Source of the DNA: Octopus vulgaris | Taxonomy: Eukaryota | Direction: 5' to 3' | Assembly (NCBI GenBank): GCA_951406725.2 | Contig: OX597819.1 | Coordinates: 43,214,001-43,278,000, forward strand | Length of the DNA stretch: 64,000 nt | Part shown: piece by piece, positions 51,087 through 64,000 of the stretch | Layout: the number at the start of each line of letters is the position of its first letter | Position numbering within the stretch: the stretch's first letter is position 1 | Program-made: the position numbers and the translations under genes | Notes under the pieces: model-generated | What the model saw: only the letters and a program-made list of their open reading frames with translations | What the model was told of the DNA's origin: nothing | Databases searched by the model: none

Positions 51087-52916
51087 AGGGTTAGTGATAG
51101 GAAGGGCATCCATCTGTAAGACAATGCCTTAATATGTATTCAGCCAAACCATGCAACATCAGAAAAACATGTAAAACGAATGAATATATATGTATATATG
51201 TATGTATATATGTCCGTGTGGTATATATTTGTGTATGTATGTATGTATGGATGACGATGGTGTGTGTGTATGTGTTAACCAACAGAAATTATAATGGGGT
51301 TTGCATGCGATCATAATGTTGATATAATGAAATGGAAAAAACGAGCAATTAAGAGAATTATTGTAACCCATGTAGTAGTTCTAATAACGAATTAATCAAA
51401 TGCATTACACATTCTTGGTTTCGCTAATATTTTACAAGAAAAATAAGAGCGAAAAGGATGTAGGATGCTTATTGGAGGGTGTGTTCCATCACTCACCTCT
51501 GTTTCTTTTCTCTTAATTTTCTTTTCATCACCTTAACGAAACAACGAAGGAGTGTGTATGATGTGGACAGTCTCAGAAAACCAGTCATACATATAACAAA
51601 AGAAAAAGAAAAGAAAAGAAAAAAAACAGGATAGTCACCAATGGAATGACTTCAATCATAGATTTACTCAAATAGAACCAACTTGGTGTTAAAGAACAAC
51701 AGCAACAAATATAAAGCTAATTACCAACGCTTTATATGAGGTCCTGTCACAAATTCTTTATCCAAACTATACACAAAAACTGACTATATACCAATATTAC
51801 AGCCGTTTACGAAATTCGATCGCTAACAATGTATTAATTATTTGGATGGTAATTATGTGTTTTTAATAATCTATAATGAAAAACAGAATTTCTTTTTGGA
51901 TTCATTTTTCTTATTCTCTTGTACATTTCTGCTCATTTCCATTTGTTATTATTATTATTATTTTACTTAATCGTACCTCTCGTATCCTCTCTAATGAAAT
52001 CAAAAGTGAAAGAAACCAGTCTGAAAGCAAGGAGAAAAAAAAACCAGAAATAGAAGGAAAAGTCATTCATTTCATTACGAGGACCTATTAAGTGGACAGA
52101 ACTTGCTGATCTGGCATGCAGCGATCAATATTATATACAAACATACACACACACACGCACAGATATATGTGCATATATAAACAAAGATATGTATATATGT
52201 GTAAGGACATAATAATGTAAATACACTCATGTATATTACATATGTGTACACACACATATATACATGCTATATATGCACATGTACCTTTGTGTATATAAAC
52301 ATATATACACACGTGTGCACACACACACACAAATGTATTCTTTGTGTATATATAATCAACACACACAAACACACTTAATATAAGTGTCCTGTATATAAAA
52401 GCTACGAAGTTTCCTATGAGACTGCTTCATGTTAGTCACACTATGTATAGTGACATCATCTCTATAACAACACATATGGTCTAACTTAACTTCTGTTTTT
52501 TTTTCCCCTGCAGCTTCATCATCATCATCATCATCATCATCACTATTATCATTATTATTAACACGGTGTTTGAGAAAAAACACTGTGATATTTTGCTCCA
52601 GCTTCGTAGCGTTCTGAGTTCAATGCACACCAAGGTCATCCATATCTTCCGCATTTGATAACATATAGTACAAGTCAGGTACTGAGGTAAATATATAATT
52701 AACCGTTTCCTTCTGCCAAATTTCTGGCCTTGTGCAAAATTACCTTAAATGCAGTAGATTGGCCAAGCCAGTAAAAGTATCACACAAAATGCCTTGTGGT
52801 ATTTGTTCCGACTTTGTACATCAGTTCACATCCTGGTGAGATCAATTTTGCCTTTCATCTTTTTGAGGTCAATAAAATTGAGGTCAAAATTTTAGGTTTT
52901 CTGCCCATAACTAGAA

Positions 52917-53306
52917 ACTCTTTTACTTGTTTCAGTCATTTCACTGCAGCCATGCTGGAGCACCGCCTTTAGTCGAGCGAATTGAACCCAGGACTTATTC
53001 TTTGGAAGCCTAGTACTTATTCTATCGGTCTCTTTTGCTGAACTGCTAAGGGACAGGGACGTAAACACACCAGCATTGGTTGTCAAACAATGCTAGTGGG
53101 ACAAACAGACACACAAACATATACACATGCAAACACATATATACGATGGGCTTCTTTCAGTTTCCGTCTATCAAATCCACTCACAAGGCTTTGGGCAGCC
53201 CAAGGTTATAGTAGAAGACACTTGCCCAAGATACCACGCAGTGGGACTGAACCCAGAACCATGCGGTTCGTAAGCAAGCTACTTACCACACAGCCACTCC
53301 TGTGCC
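52917..53306 (-). mobile_element. SINE family A, full length
   Basis: Near-identical to 12724 and 22373. Confidence 0.9.
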
Positions 53307-53821
53307 TATTTACAAAAACAATTATTTCTATTTTCAATAAAAGAAATTTTTACCTACAGATAGTGATGTTAAATCAAGCAAAAGATTAAAACTATAAGTA
53401 GATTTATTTTTTAAATAAAGTTATAAAGATATTTACTTTATTTGCTAAAATTTACAAATTGTAAGAACTTTAAAAAAAGTGCCATATTCAATAGCATACA
53501 AGATGCACTTTGCCCCCTTTGTTATTTAAATGTCTGTTTTCTATGCTGGCATATTTCCAGAAAGATGTCTTTAAAAAATCTCCTCAGGTCCTATATGTTA
53601 AATTGCGCCTATATCATGTGCCTTAATGCACTGAAAACCTTTCATCCCATCTATGCCATCAAATACAGTATGCATCTCAAACAAATTTATCTAAGGTCCT
53701 TCAAAGAGTGTTGATAAAATGAATTTAAAAATTAGATATAGATAAATGTTTTCAATTTGTTTTGTTACAAGAAGCTTTCAGAATATTTGTAAATATATAG
53801 AACAAAATGATTTGAAATGGA

Positions 53822-53938
53822 ACTTGATGAAAGGCAATGTCGAGCTTGGCAGAATTTGAACTCAGAACGTAAAGATATACAAAATAACGCTAAGCATTTC
53901 GCCCAGCATGCTAACGTTTCTGCCAGCTCACCACCTTA
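53822..53938 (-). mobile_element. SINE B head half; more degenerate B copies at 39930-40122, 52590-52890, 54370-54530, 54720-54890 and 55730-55890
   Basis: gaatttgaactcagaacgta...gctaagcatttcgccc...ctgccagctcaccacc. Confidence 0.8.
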
Positions 53939-54908
53939 GGAACTTAATAAATAAAACTCATTGACTGAAGTAATGATTTTCTAAAAGTGGAGACAGGAAC
54001 AATTAATTAAAATGAACCAGTATTTGACTGGTACGTATGTAACTGATACAACAAGGATAAAAACAAGGTTGACTTAGACAGAATTCTAAGTGAGTATATA
54101 AAACGATACAACAAAAGATTGGGAAGGTGTTGTGTCCAACACTTTGACAATTTCTTACGAACCTTATATACATTGTAATGTTGTCCCCCAACTGATGCTT
54201 TTGTGCTGAACCAGTCCTCAATAATGTAGTGGCAAGCATCCCTGCCTGTCATGCTGGAGACTGAAGCTTCATTCTCCACCATGAAGGCAATATACACTCA
54301 AAACAATACCTTCAAGAATGGCTGCAGTTCAATGACTGAAACACCCAAAAAGTAAAATACACAACAAGCAATTAAATAGACCCACAGTAATTGATGGTAT
54401 TTTTATTTTATCAAACCTAGTAAGATGAAAGGCAAAGCTTACCTCAGCAGGATTTAAATTCAGAGTGCAAAGCACTGGAATAAATACCACATGGCATTGT
54501 ATCAGATACTCTAATGATTCAGCTAATCCACAGCTAATCCCTGATCTGACATTTCAATAAAATTATGAAATGATGATTTCCTAAACAATGAGTATCTTTA
54601 TAAGAATAAAAACTTACAGTTTTAGAGATGAAATATTCTAAGAAATAGAAACAGTAGTGTTTTACAATCAATATAAAAATTTATTATATAATTTATCAGA
54701 ATTACTCTTATAACTGTTTAATTTTGGCACAGAGTCAGAAGTTTGGATGGGACATTGAACCAATTCTAGTACAACACTGGTATTAATTTCATCGAAAAAA
54801 GAAAACATGAATACTGACATTTAACATCAGCAGAATTTGAACCCAGAATAAAGAGAAAACTAATTACTGAAAAGCATTTTAGATTCCATTGCTCCAATAA
54901 TAGCAATA

Positions 54909-55305
54909 GGTGCAGGCATGACTGAGTGGTTAAAAAGTTTGCTTTCCAACCATGTGGTCCCAGGTTCAGTCCCACTGCATGGCACCTTTGGCAATTGTCT
55001 TCTACGGTATAACCCATATGTGTGATGTGTGTGTGTGTGTGTATGTGTGTGTGTGTATGCACCTCTGTGTCTTGGCATTGCATAACAGATGTAAACAAGT
55101 GTCACCACCATACAAGCAGTTTTAATTTCTCATCTTTCTGGGGGGAAAATGTCTGGTCATGGGAAAATATTATCTTGCTTAGTAACAAGTGAGGGTTGGT
55201 GATAGGAAAGGCATCCAACTGTAGAAAAATCTGCCTCAGTTAATTCCATCTGACCCATACATACATGGAAAAATGAATATTAAAAAAATGAAATAATGAT
55301 AATGA
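54909..55305 (+). mobile_element. SINE A2 (A head, alternative body, RTE-type tail)
   Basis: A head ggtgcaggcatg...ggttcagtcccactgcatggcacc, then (TG)n, then ...ggttggtgataggaaaggcatccaactgtagaaa...acccatacatacatggaaaaatg. Confidence 0.75.
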
Positions 55306-55972
55306 ATTTTTTTGATTAGAGACCAGGTAAATAGTTTTTCTAAGTGTTAAGATAGAGGTGAAGTTTGCTGAATCTATCACCAGTATATTACTGGTATTCA
55401 TATTATCAAACAAAAGGCAACAGGGACTCCACTACTAACTTCTTCAACGTGAGCAATTAATTCTTTAATTCTTTTGCTGTTCTTCTGGATTATGGCAATG
55501 CTGAAGCACTGGGTTCTTAGGTATAATTTTATTATATCAACACCCATTGCTTACTTTATCAAACTCAAAAGAAGGAAGAAAAAAAAGGACTTGGACAGGG
55601 TTTGGACTTTTGGAACATAAGATAATGTACCAAAATACCAAAAAGAAATATATTTTATCAGATTTCCTAGCAACTCTGCCATTCATACATAAAAGAATAA
55701 TACTGCTAATAATAACCATTTATAATATAAGAACAAGGCCAAAAATTTGGAGGAAATGTAGTCAACTGGAATGGCACTTTATTTTATCAACTCCAGAAAA
55801 GATGATAGAAAAGGCCGATCTTGGCAGGATTTGATTTCAGAATGTAAAGAGCGAAAACAAATGGCAGAAGGCCACACTTGAATAATTTTGCCAATCCAAT
55901 AACAAAAATGCATGTTTAAAAAAAAAAAAAAAATGAACAGCCACAAAATTAAAATTCGGTCATGTCTTTTAA

Positions 55973-56197
55973 CCCTTCAACATTCATGTTATCCTGTTAA
56001 AATGTGATGCTCATTTATTTACATTATTTTGAATTAATCATTCATTCATTATCTCATAGCTTTAAGATTTTCGTGATGCAATTGTTCATTCTTTGAAGGA
56101 GATTGTAGGGTAGGTGTGAGAAGCGGGATTTGGCCAATTTGAACATAAAACAAGGAGAATATTTGGGTCAGATATGGCTAGTTTAAATGCTACAAGA
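55973..56197. mobile_element. piggyBac-type MITE
   Basis: TTAA|CCCTT ... aatgctacaaga|TTAA; homologous to 22269-22872. Confidence 0.75.
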
Positions 56198-56815
56198 TTA
56201 AGAAAAGCTTTAGACATAAGAGTCTTTTTTTTTAATGGAAAGTATTGTTTCTTTCATCAAAGATCCAATGAGCTAGTAATACAGAGTATATTGGAAAATG
56301 ATCGAAATAATCCTTTTAATAAAAGAGTGTGCAAAGAAATTAGAAAATTACCAATTCTTTATCTTCTAACCTTTTTAAGGAAAAAAATATTTAAATTATT
56401 GTAACTTGTTTGATTATGGAAATATGGAAACAAGAAAGTAATAGTGGCGAATGGAGTATATATTTTAATTTAAGTGGGAAAAAAAAAACAAAAAAAAACA
56501 TGAATTTGGCAATCAAATAATTAGATTTTAATTAGAATCCTTTCTTTTTGAAACACAAGTCTTGTTCAAAGAATGTTTGGAAAAATTAAAACACAACCAG
56601 TCATGCAAATAGGAATTGTAAGTTTTTGTTTCCTTCAATAAATGTTGAGAAAAGAAACTAAGAAAGAATAAGTGCTGAGAGATAAACATATACATAAATT
56701 CCGATTGTGGACATATTTCAAAAACTACAAGTATTAATCTTGGATACTAGTATTAGTACTGAACATAGGTATTACTTATTAGCACACGTACACCATTCCC
56801 CCACATATATACATA

Positions 56816-57105
56816 GGTTAGGGCAGCGAACTCGAGGTTGGAGGATCGCAGTTTCGATTCCCAGACCGGGCATTGTGTGTGTCTACTGAGCGAAAACGCC
56901 TAAAGCTCCACGAGGTTCCGGCAGGGGGTGGTGGCGACCCGTTGTACTCTTTCACCCAACTTTCTCTCACTCTTTCTTCCTGTTTCTTGCGTAACGCTGC
57001 GATGGACTGGCATCCCATCCAGCTGGGGGGAACACATACGCCACAGAAACTGGGAAACCGGGCCCATGAGCCTGGCTAGGCTTGAAAAGGGCACATAAAT
57101 AAAAA
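56816..57105 (+). mobile_element. tRNA-derived SINE with ctgcgatggactggcatcccatccag tail
   Basis: ggttagggcagcg...gtttcgattccc B-box-like head and an A-rich end. Confidence 0.75.
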
Positions 57106-57539
57106 AAAAAACATACATATATGTACACACACAGACACACAACTGTATCATGTATACTCTAAGGATAGGCACACTACCCTTGTTTCATTAGAGAACATTA
57201 AAAGAGTTGGAAATAGGAAGAGCATCTGGTCATAAGTCGCCTCAAAAAATACCATTCAACTCATGCCAGCATGGATAAATGGAATACACACATCTGTGCA
57301 AATGTGTTTACTTACATGTATGTGCAAGTGTGAATTTTTGCATGATTTTCCTCCCGTCTCATCTAGGAATCAAGCTGAAATGCCAGTCTGTAATTTCAAC
57401 CAATGGTATGTATTTAACCATTCCTGTAATCCTGAGAATGATAAAGCCTATCCTGCTGTTTTGCCTGAGGTACCTTCTACACATGGAGGAAATTCTAGAG
57501 TAACAGAGCGTTAACTCAGCCTAAAGAAACTAGAATATG

Positions 57540-58335
57540 CAGAGTGTGATGGGTAAATTGTCACCATTTTATATTTTTAATTGCACACATATACATTGTT
57601 TTTGATTTTGTTGACTACACAGTATTGTAAGGTCAGTTGGGCATCATCTGTGAGAAAAACAGCATCATAATGCAATTCACTCTGCCAGAAATTTGGAAAC
57701 GACATACTGTACTGCTTGGTATTCATGCCAGAAGCTCCAATACAAACATTTCAGAGTGTTTGGGTGTCAATCGGAGGACAGTGCAATCTGAAGACATGTA
57801 CCGAGAGTGATAAAAATCAAACATCCAGTTACATCAGGGTGTTTGGCGTGATGGCAATGTTATGCATCCATTCATCTTCCCACACAGCCTCAGGCTCAAC
57901 ACAGAGGCCTACATCAGTGCCTGGAGGAGGTAGTGCTGCCCTGGGTCAAGAGTGTGGCTATTGGAAGACCCTGTGTCTGGTAACAGCACTCTCCACCATG
58001 CCACACAAACAGAAGAACCCAGTCATGGCTGTCAGACAATTTCTGCAACCACATCTCCCCTAACATTTGACCACCTAACACCCCAGACTGCAACCCCTCT
58101 TGATAATTTATGTGTGGGACGCAGTTGAGCAACAGACCAACAACACACCCTGCAAAACCAAAGATGAACTAAAGGCAAAGATTATGACTGCATTCACAAA
58201 CTTAAACAAGGAGACTGTCCAGAAGAGTTGTAGGAGATTCCATAGTTATCTGGAGGCCATGGTTGAAGCCAATGATGATTTTATTGAATAAATTTACTCT
58301 TTAGTAATTCAAGATATTTTTATGTAATTTTGGTA
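57540..58335 (+). pseudogene. Internally deleted Tc1/mariner transposon of maT (DD37D-like) type
   Basis: N-terminal MQFTLPEIWKRH...ISECLGVNRRTVQ (HTH-like). C-terminal VW*QHSPPCHT...I*PPNTPDCNP/LD.YVWDAVE...LEAMVEANDDFIE*; about 37 residues between the second and third catalytic positions, allowing for small indels. Confidence 0.85.
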
Positions 58336-58619
58336 CATTCACATATGTTATTGTCTCCGATACAGGGTTTGTATGTCATAAGGAAGTGTGAAGAAGTTTA
58401 GTGCAAAACACTGCCTGAAAAAACAACAACAAATGCTACAATGAAAAGTAATCAACTGAGAGAATTGTTAGTATATCAAGCTTAAAGCCTCTTGGTAACT
58501 GTTCCGTGTTCAAATCCCATTGGCAATCAACTCTACACTTCATCCCTCCCAGAGTCGATAAATAAAGTATCAATCAAATACCCAGAGAAATTCTCCACTC
58601 TCTTTCTCTCTTCTGAATT

Positions 58620-59360
58620 GGCAAAACAGTGCTCTGATAGAGTGACCAGTTCATGGACTGGGTCAATATTGCTTCCAATCTTTAAGTTTGGTACTACACC
58701 CTCCAGGGTCTTTTATATAAATAACACTGGATCATTCAGATCTTCACTCCAGAGTTGAGTGTCTCAGTTCTGTCAACCTCTGCTAGCAGCTCAACAGTTA
58801 CACTGAAACAATATTCTAAATATATTAGTATTAGACTGCCAAGTTACATAGTTATTTTGGCACCATGTAGTGACCATAATTGGGAGCAATAGTTCAAACG
58901 GCTTCTACAAGAGCAACATGGCTTCCTTGTTCTCTTCTTCTGAATGATCTCAGAATCAAGCCAGTCAGTTGCTTGCACATTGTTGTCATCTTAGTAATAT
59001 GTGATGGAATGATGCATCATTACTCATAGATTCCAGTCATGCACTGATTGTGATTTGGGGATTATAATCCTTCCTAGTCCAAAGTATTCTGAGACAGTTT
59101 TATGGGATAATGGATCATATGAAAATTTTACAGCATTGTACATACAGCATGCTTTCCATTTTCAGCTCATTTGTATATGGCACTCACTGTAGCTATGTGA
59201 TATCATCAGGGTTCTTAATTGCCTGGGATACTTTTATACAATTAGGGTAGCTAGTGAGAAGTGCTGCTGGAAGGTTGGAACGACTCAGGGTTATAGCTGA
59301 AAGAGCCAAAACAACTATGGCCCTAGTACAGGTCCCTGAGAAAACATTGTTGGCTGCTAC
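58620..59360 (-). pseudogene. CR1/L2-group LINE reverse transcriptase relic
   Basis: Minus-strand motifs SQGPVLGP*LF (59318-59341), SYPNCIKV (decayed YADD, 59238-59249), GLILRSF, YCSQLWS (58871-58891) and LEGVVPN (58686-58706). Confidence 0.8.
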
Positions 59361-60519
59361 CACACCACCGCTACTTTTTAAAAAAAGTCACGCAACCATC
59401 TTCCTAGATTCTGAACCATGCTGAAATCATGCAGATTTACGACATATTCCATGATCAGGATCACCTTTATCAAAGGCCTTTGCAAAGTTGAAATATAACT
59501 CCATCTACATTCAAATGATTGAGCTTTTGCTGTTCCAGTCATACAAATGCTCAGTAATGAAACAGCAGCTGAACACATGTGTGAATATTCATATATGCAC
59601 ACACACACACAGATATATCTACATCATCATTTAATGTTCTTGTTTCATGCTGGCATGGGCTGGATGGTTTGACAAGATCCAACAGGACTAAGGAGTGTAT
59701 CCTGCTCTACTGTCTACTTTGGCATAGGTTTTATGACTCAATGATCTTCCTAATGCCAACCACTTTACTGCATGTATGGGGTGTTTCTTTGTGTTTGTTT
59801 TTGTACTACCAACACTAGCATGGCTGCCATGACATTTGAAAAGATGATGACCCCTGAAAGAGGTAGCTTTTATGCCAGGAGATGAAGAGTTAAAGTATGA
59901 GAGAAACACCCAGAATAGAATAAGTTTCTTGCTGTAGAGGGTCCACATGACTACACACAATTTAGGATTGTGTGGGGTGGTGCTCAGGGATGGAGCAGAG
60001 ATAAGATGAAAATAGATGAATAGATTGTGTAAATCTCCAAGGCGAGAAGTGGGAGGATCAAGTATGAGTGGGAAGTTACAAGGGTGTAAGGAAGAGAGAG
60101 GGAATGGCTGAGGTGGTATATATAATAAATGAAAAATAAGTCGTGAGTAGATGATAAGTAGGAGAAGTAGGGAAGAGTAGGTGACAACTGTAGAGACTGG
60201 GTAGGATTGAGAAGTGGATGTAGTAAATGGTGGTTAAGGGGTGAGGTGACCAATTATGATGGAAGGTGAAGAGTAGCAAAATAGTAACGATGAAATGACA
60301 GGAGAAAGAGATAGGCAGGCGGAATGCATGAGAAGATTGTGAAACATATACTGGAGAAAGTAAAATGATTTGGTAACTCAAGAGGAGATGAGATCAATGT
60401 AAAATGTGAGTGAAGAGGACAGTATTATGAGGGATGGGTATCAAGGAAAAAGCTGCAGTTTGATATGAAGGGTGGCATGATGGGGATGAAATTGGGTAAA
60501 AGACTCAATCGTGCATACA

Positions 60520-61251
60520 TGTAAGGTGAGTCTTCTTCTTGAGGATCACAAATCAATAGTCAAGCCAGTCTGTTGTTATCTCTTTACACAGCTGTCCTCA
60601 TCCATACACATCATATGACCATACTAGCAGTCTTCTTAATTCTTTGTATTAAGGTTCATGTCTTGCAACCGTGCAGCACCACTGTTCTAACACAAGCATT
60701 ATAGAAGCTACCCTTCACTCTCAGGGAAAATACTTTTGTTGCCCAACAGTGGCAGATGTGCACTGAACTTTCACCACTCTATTCTTATGCCACTATACTT
60801 TTGGAGCAACCACTTCTCCTGCTAGTTACAGTAACAAAAACTTTTTTATTAATTACAATAACAAAAGCTATTGACTACTCTCAGTGAGCCATCTGGGCAT
60901 TTAAGAGAACTATTTCTAGTGTGTTCGAAGTATGTACTGCTCCAAAGTATCTGTCACATATAAAGCTTACTTTCTATGTTAGTCTACCTGTAATTTCCCT
61001 GTGCCTGTTCATAGCTTATACTGGGTACAGAATATGAAGTGAATTTATACCTACACCTTCCTTGTAGATTGAGGAAGTCCATTTTCCTGAAGATACGAGG
61101 TTCCTTGTCTTCTTTCTTACTAATACCTTAGTCTTTGCTAGGTTTGCTTTGAGACCTCTCAATTCCAGGTTTAGCGTCCATGAATGGAATTTTCTCTCAG
61201 ATTCCCTTATTAGAATCAGATTGTCAGTATATAGGACTTCCCAATGGCATC
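60520..61251 (-). pseudogene. RTE-clade LINE ORF2 relic
   Basis: Minus strand CHWEVLYTDNLILI (decayed YADD, 61220-61231)...GLKANLAKTKVL...GVGINS...FSLRVKGSFYNACVRTVVLHGCKT*...YGHMMCMDEDSCVK. Confidence 0.85.
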
Positions 61252-61544
61252 AAGTTTTTTTAAATCCACTGTGATACACTGTAAGAAAGACTATGATGAA
61301 CAGAAGAAAACTAAGGGCTGAAACTTCATAAACTATCCTCACATAAAATTCATCATTGAACGTATATAAACAAGTATGTGTGCATGGACAAATATATGTA
61401 TATATGTGAATATAAATATATATGTATATATGTGCATACATATTAGTGTGTATAAATATACATCTTAATACACACACAAACACAGGCATTTATTTCAAAC
61501 TAACCAGAGTAACATGAAAACAGTGGAAAACACTGTTTATATGT

Positions 61545-61750
61545 ATGGCAAGCTGGCAGAATCGTTAGCATACTGGAGAAAATGCTTAGTGGCATTTTGC
61601 CTATTTTTACCTTCTGAGTTCAAATTCCACGAAGGTGAACATTGCCTTTCATCCTTTTGGGGTCAATAAAGTAAGTACCAGTTGAGGGCTGGGGTTGATC
61701 AAGTTACCCACTCCCCTAAAATTGCTGGTCTTGTGCCAAAATTTGAAACC
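61545..61750 (+). mobile_element. SINE family B
   Basis: agctggcagaatcgttagc...gagttcaaattcc...gcctttcatccttttggggtcaataaagtaagtaccag. Confidence 0.85.
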
Positions 61751-61878
61751 ACAACACACACACACACACACACACTGACACATTCAAATGCACTGCGCAC
61801 TTTTTATTTGTAGACACCTTAATTCTATAATTAACAATCAATACCTGTACTACAATATGTATGTTGAGTATATATTGT

Positions 61879-61928
<50 letters not shown>

Positions 61929-61978
61929 CATATATATACACATACATACACACACACACACATATGTAAGCAAATCCA

Positions 61979-62091
61979 CTCGCACACATGCATAAGTACC
62001 TTCACATCATATATATATATATATATATTCTCTCGCACACATGCATAAGTACCTTCACATCATATATATATATATATATATATATTCTCTC
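61979..62091. repeat. 53-bp tandem duplication
   Basis: ctcgcacacatgcataagtaccttcacatc(at)nttctct at 61979 and 62032. Confidence 0.85.
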
Positions 62092-62894
62092 TCTCACACA
62101 CTCAAAACACAGGGAGATATATAATCGCTATTTTACAACCTAAACTTCAGAGAAATAAAGATAGGAAAACAGGAGGGGAAAAAAAAAGGCGGTTTCTTAA
62201 AAGGAGAAGCAATAAATCTGCAGCAAAGATATATCTGTTACATGTAAAGGTTTAAGGAAGGCCCAAGGCAGGTGGAAACCCACATCCATATAAGATCAAA
62301 AGGACAAAAACCGCTTTCTGTGTCACAAGCAATCACTTTTGATAAGACAAGCATTTCATCTATCTCCAGGGGAGAGAATTCACATAGTACAGACACTAAA
62401 GGTGATGACATTCCATGAGGGCATACATATGCATATAAAAAGGCATGTGTATGTGTGTCTGAGTGCGGAGAGCACTGACTTGATGCACATGTGTGTGTGT
62501 GTGTGTGTGAGAGAGTGTTTAGTTCTGCCTCCTAAACAAACCATCAATCTTCAACATGCTCTTTTCTCACTACAACGTGAGCTTTAATCGTTATACTTAA
62601 AATGAAAACTGTGTTTGTTTCACATTTAATGTTTTCCAGAGATTTAAATAAAAGTGACTAAGAGGAAATAGTGAGTGCAGAGGCATGAATGACACACATT
62701 CACACGAGCGACACACTCGTGGAAACGTGGCCTTCAGACTCGACGGGAGTCTTTGTAACTAAATATTACGTAACGAAACGTTAATAATTATTAAATTGTA
62801 ATATAGAAATAAATTAAATTGCACTAATGAGGAATCGAAAGGTGATACTTGATTCACCAACATATGATAATGTGTGCATGATGATATACCTGTA

Positions 62895-62925
<31 letters not shown>

Positions 62926-63003
62926 CAAAATATAAATATACATATATATATCCACACGCGCACACATAAGCACACATATATAGACACAAATATATGCACA
63001 TTA

Positions 63004-63030
<27 letters not shown>

Positions 63031-63034
<4 letters not shown>

Positions 63035-63215
63035 AACATATATACATATAAATTTATCTATATAGATGTATGCATAAATATAAATATATAAAACTATATA
63101 TAAATGTACAATATATTCATATATATATATATATAAACATATATACATATAAATTTATCTATATAAATGTATGCATAAATATAAATATATAAAACTATAT
63201 GTAAATGTACAATAT
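63031..63215. repeat. 101-bp-period tandem duplication in low-complexity DNA
   Basis: tataaacatatatacatataaatttatctatata.atgtatgcataaat...aatgtacaatat at 63031 and 63132. Confidence 0.8.
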
Positions 63216-63239
63216 AATCATATATATATAAATATATAA

Positions 63240-63274
<35 letters not shown>

Positions 63275-63588
63275 CACACACATACATAAATGTGCACATA
63301 AAGATATATATGTACATACATATAAATATATATATAACAATGAAACAATATCTGTAATATATATGTTTATATATAAAAATACTTATACCTATGTATGTAT
63401 ATGTACACATATATATTATATATACACACACATATACATACACACATTGCAGTATATATATATATATAAATATACAAACACATACGTTGCAGTAATATAT
63501 ATATCATATTTATCAACTAGAAAGAACTACAATCATAAACTAGAGTATACGTGCTGAAGAAACATGTATATAAAATAACAAAACCATA

Positions 63589-63638
<50 letters not shown>

Positions 63639-64000
63639 TATCAATCATAAAATACCATTTAGTATGGGTATTTACCACACATGTGTATGTGTGTGTGTGT
63701 ATATATGTATGTATGTATATATATATATATATAAAAATACACGCACACATATATAACGTGAGAAAATGTCTCATATATTTAGATAAAATTTGCACATACT
63801 CAAAAATGTGTATTAAACTCATTATACAAAGTACATAAACACTGGATAGATGATATAATATTCACAGAGACGAGATTTATTTTTGTCTAAAGTGTAGCCA
63901 TATAAAAACAATATTTAATATAGACATATTTCAGGAAACACATAAGCATGTTGGTGTGATTCAGGAATTATTCTTGTGTATGAAGTATTAATTAAAATGC

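Noticed and set aside
1-64000. CRISPR array, rRNA, or prokaryotic operon/defence system
   Set aside because: No regularly spaced repeat-spacer structure and no gene-dense region; the sequence is repeat-rich eukaryotic DNA.

Overview
AT-rich, microsatellite-dense eukaryotic genomic DNA. The repeat repertoire looks like an octopus/coleoid cephalopod; this is an inference from the repeat types and was not database-checked. No intact protein-coding gene, rRNA, true tRNA or CRISPR array is visible, and almost all listed ORFs are microsatellite or SINE artefacts. The window is dominated by several tRNA-derived SINE families built from interchangeable head, body and tail modules. It also holds decayed CR1/L2-group and RTE LINE fragments, mariner and maT/DD37D-like transposase relics, hAT, piggyBac and pogo-type MITEs, two non-autonomous Helitrons, and small (TA)n-embedded elements carrying hammerhead-ribozyme motifs. 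A plausible + strand spliced transcript leader is present: a TATA/MEF2 box at 15576, exons at 15605-15914, 17407-17439 and 17560-17733, and possibly a 16-nt microexon at 47493-47508. Highlights are a LINE 3' end at 46.36-46.74 kb whose tail matches the dominant SINE tail with a compensatory base pair in a terminal hairpin, SINE tail swapping at an internal microsatellite, three hammerhead motifs, and a three-level nested insertion at 11.5-12.7 kb. Family names A-F are labels local to this report. Boundaries of degenerate copies are approximate.
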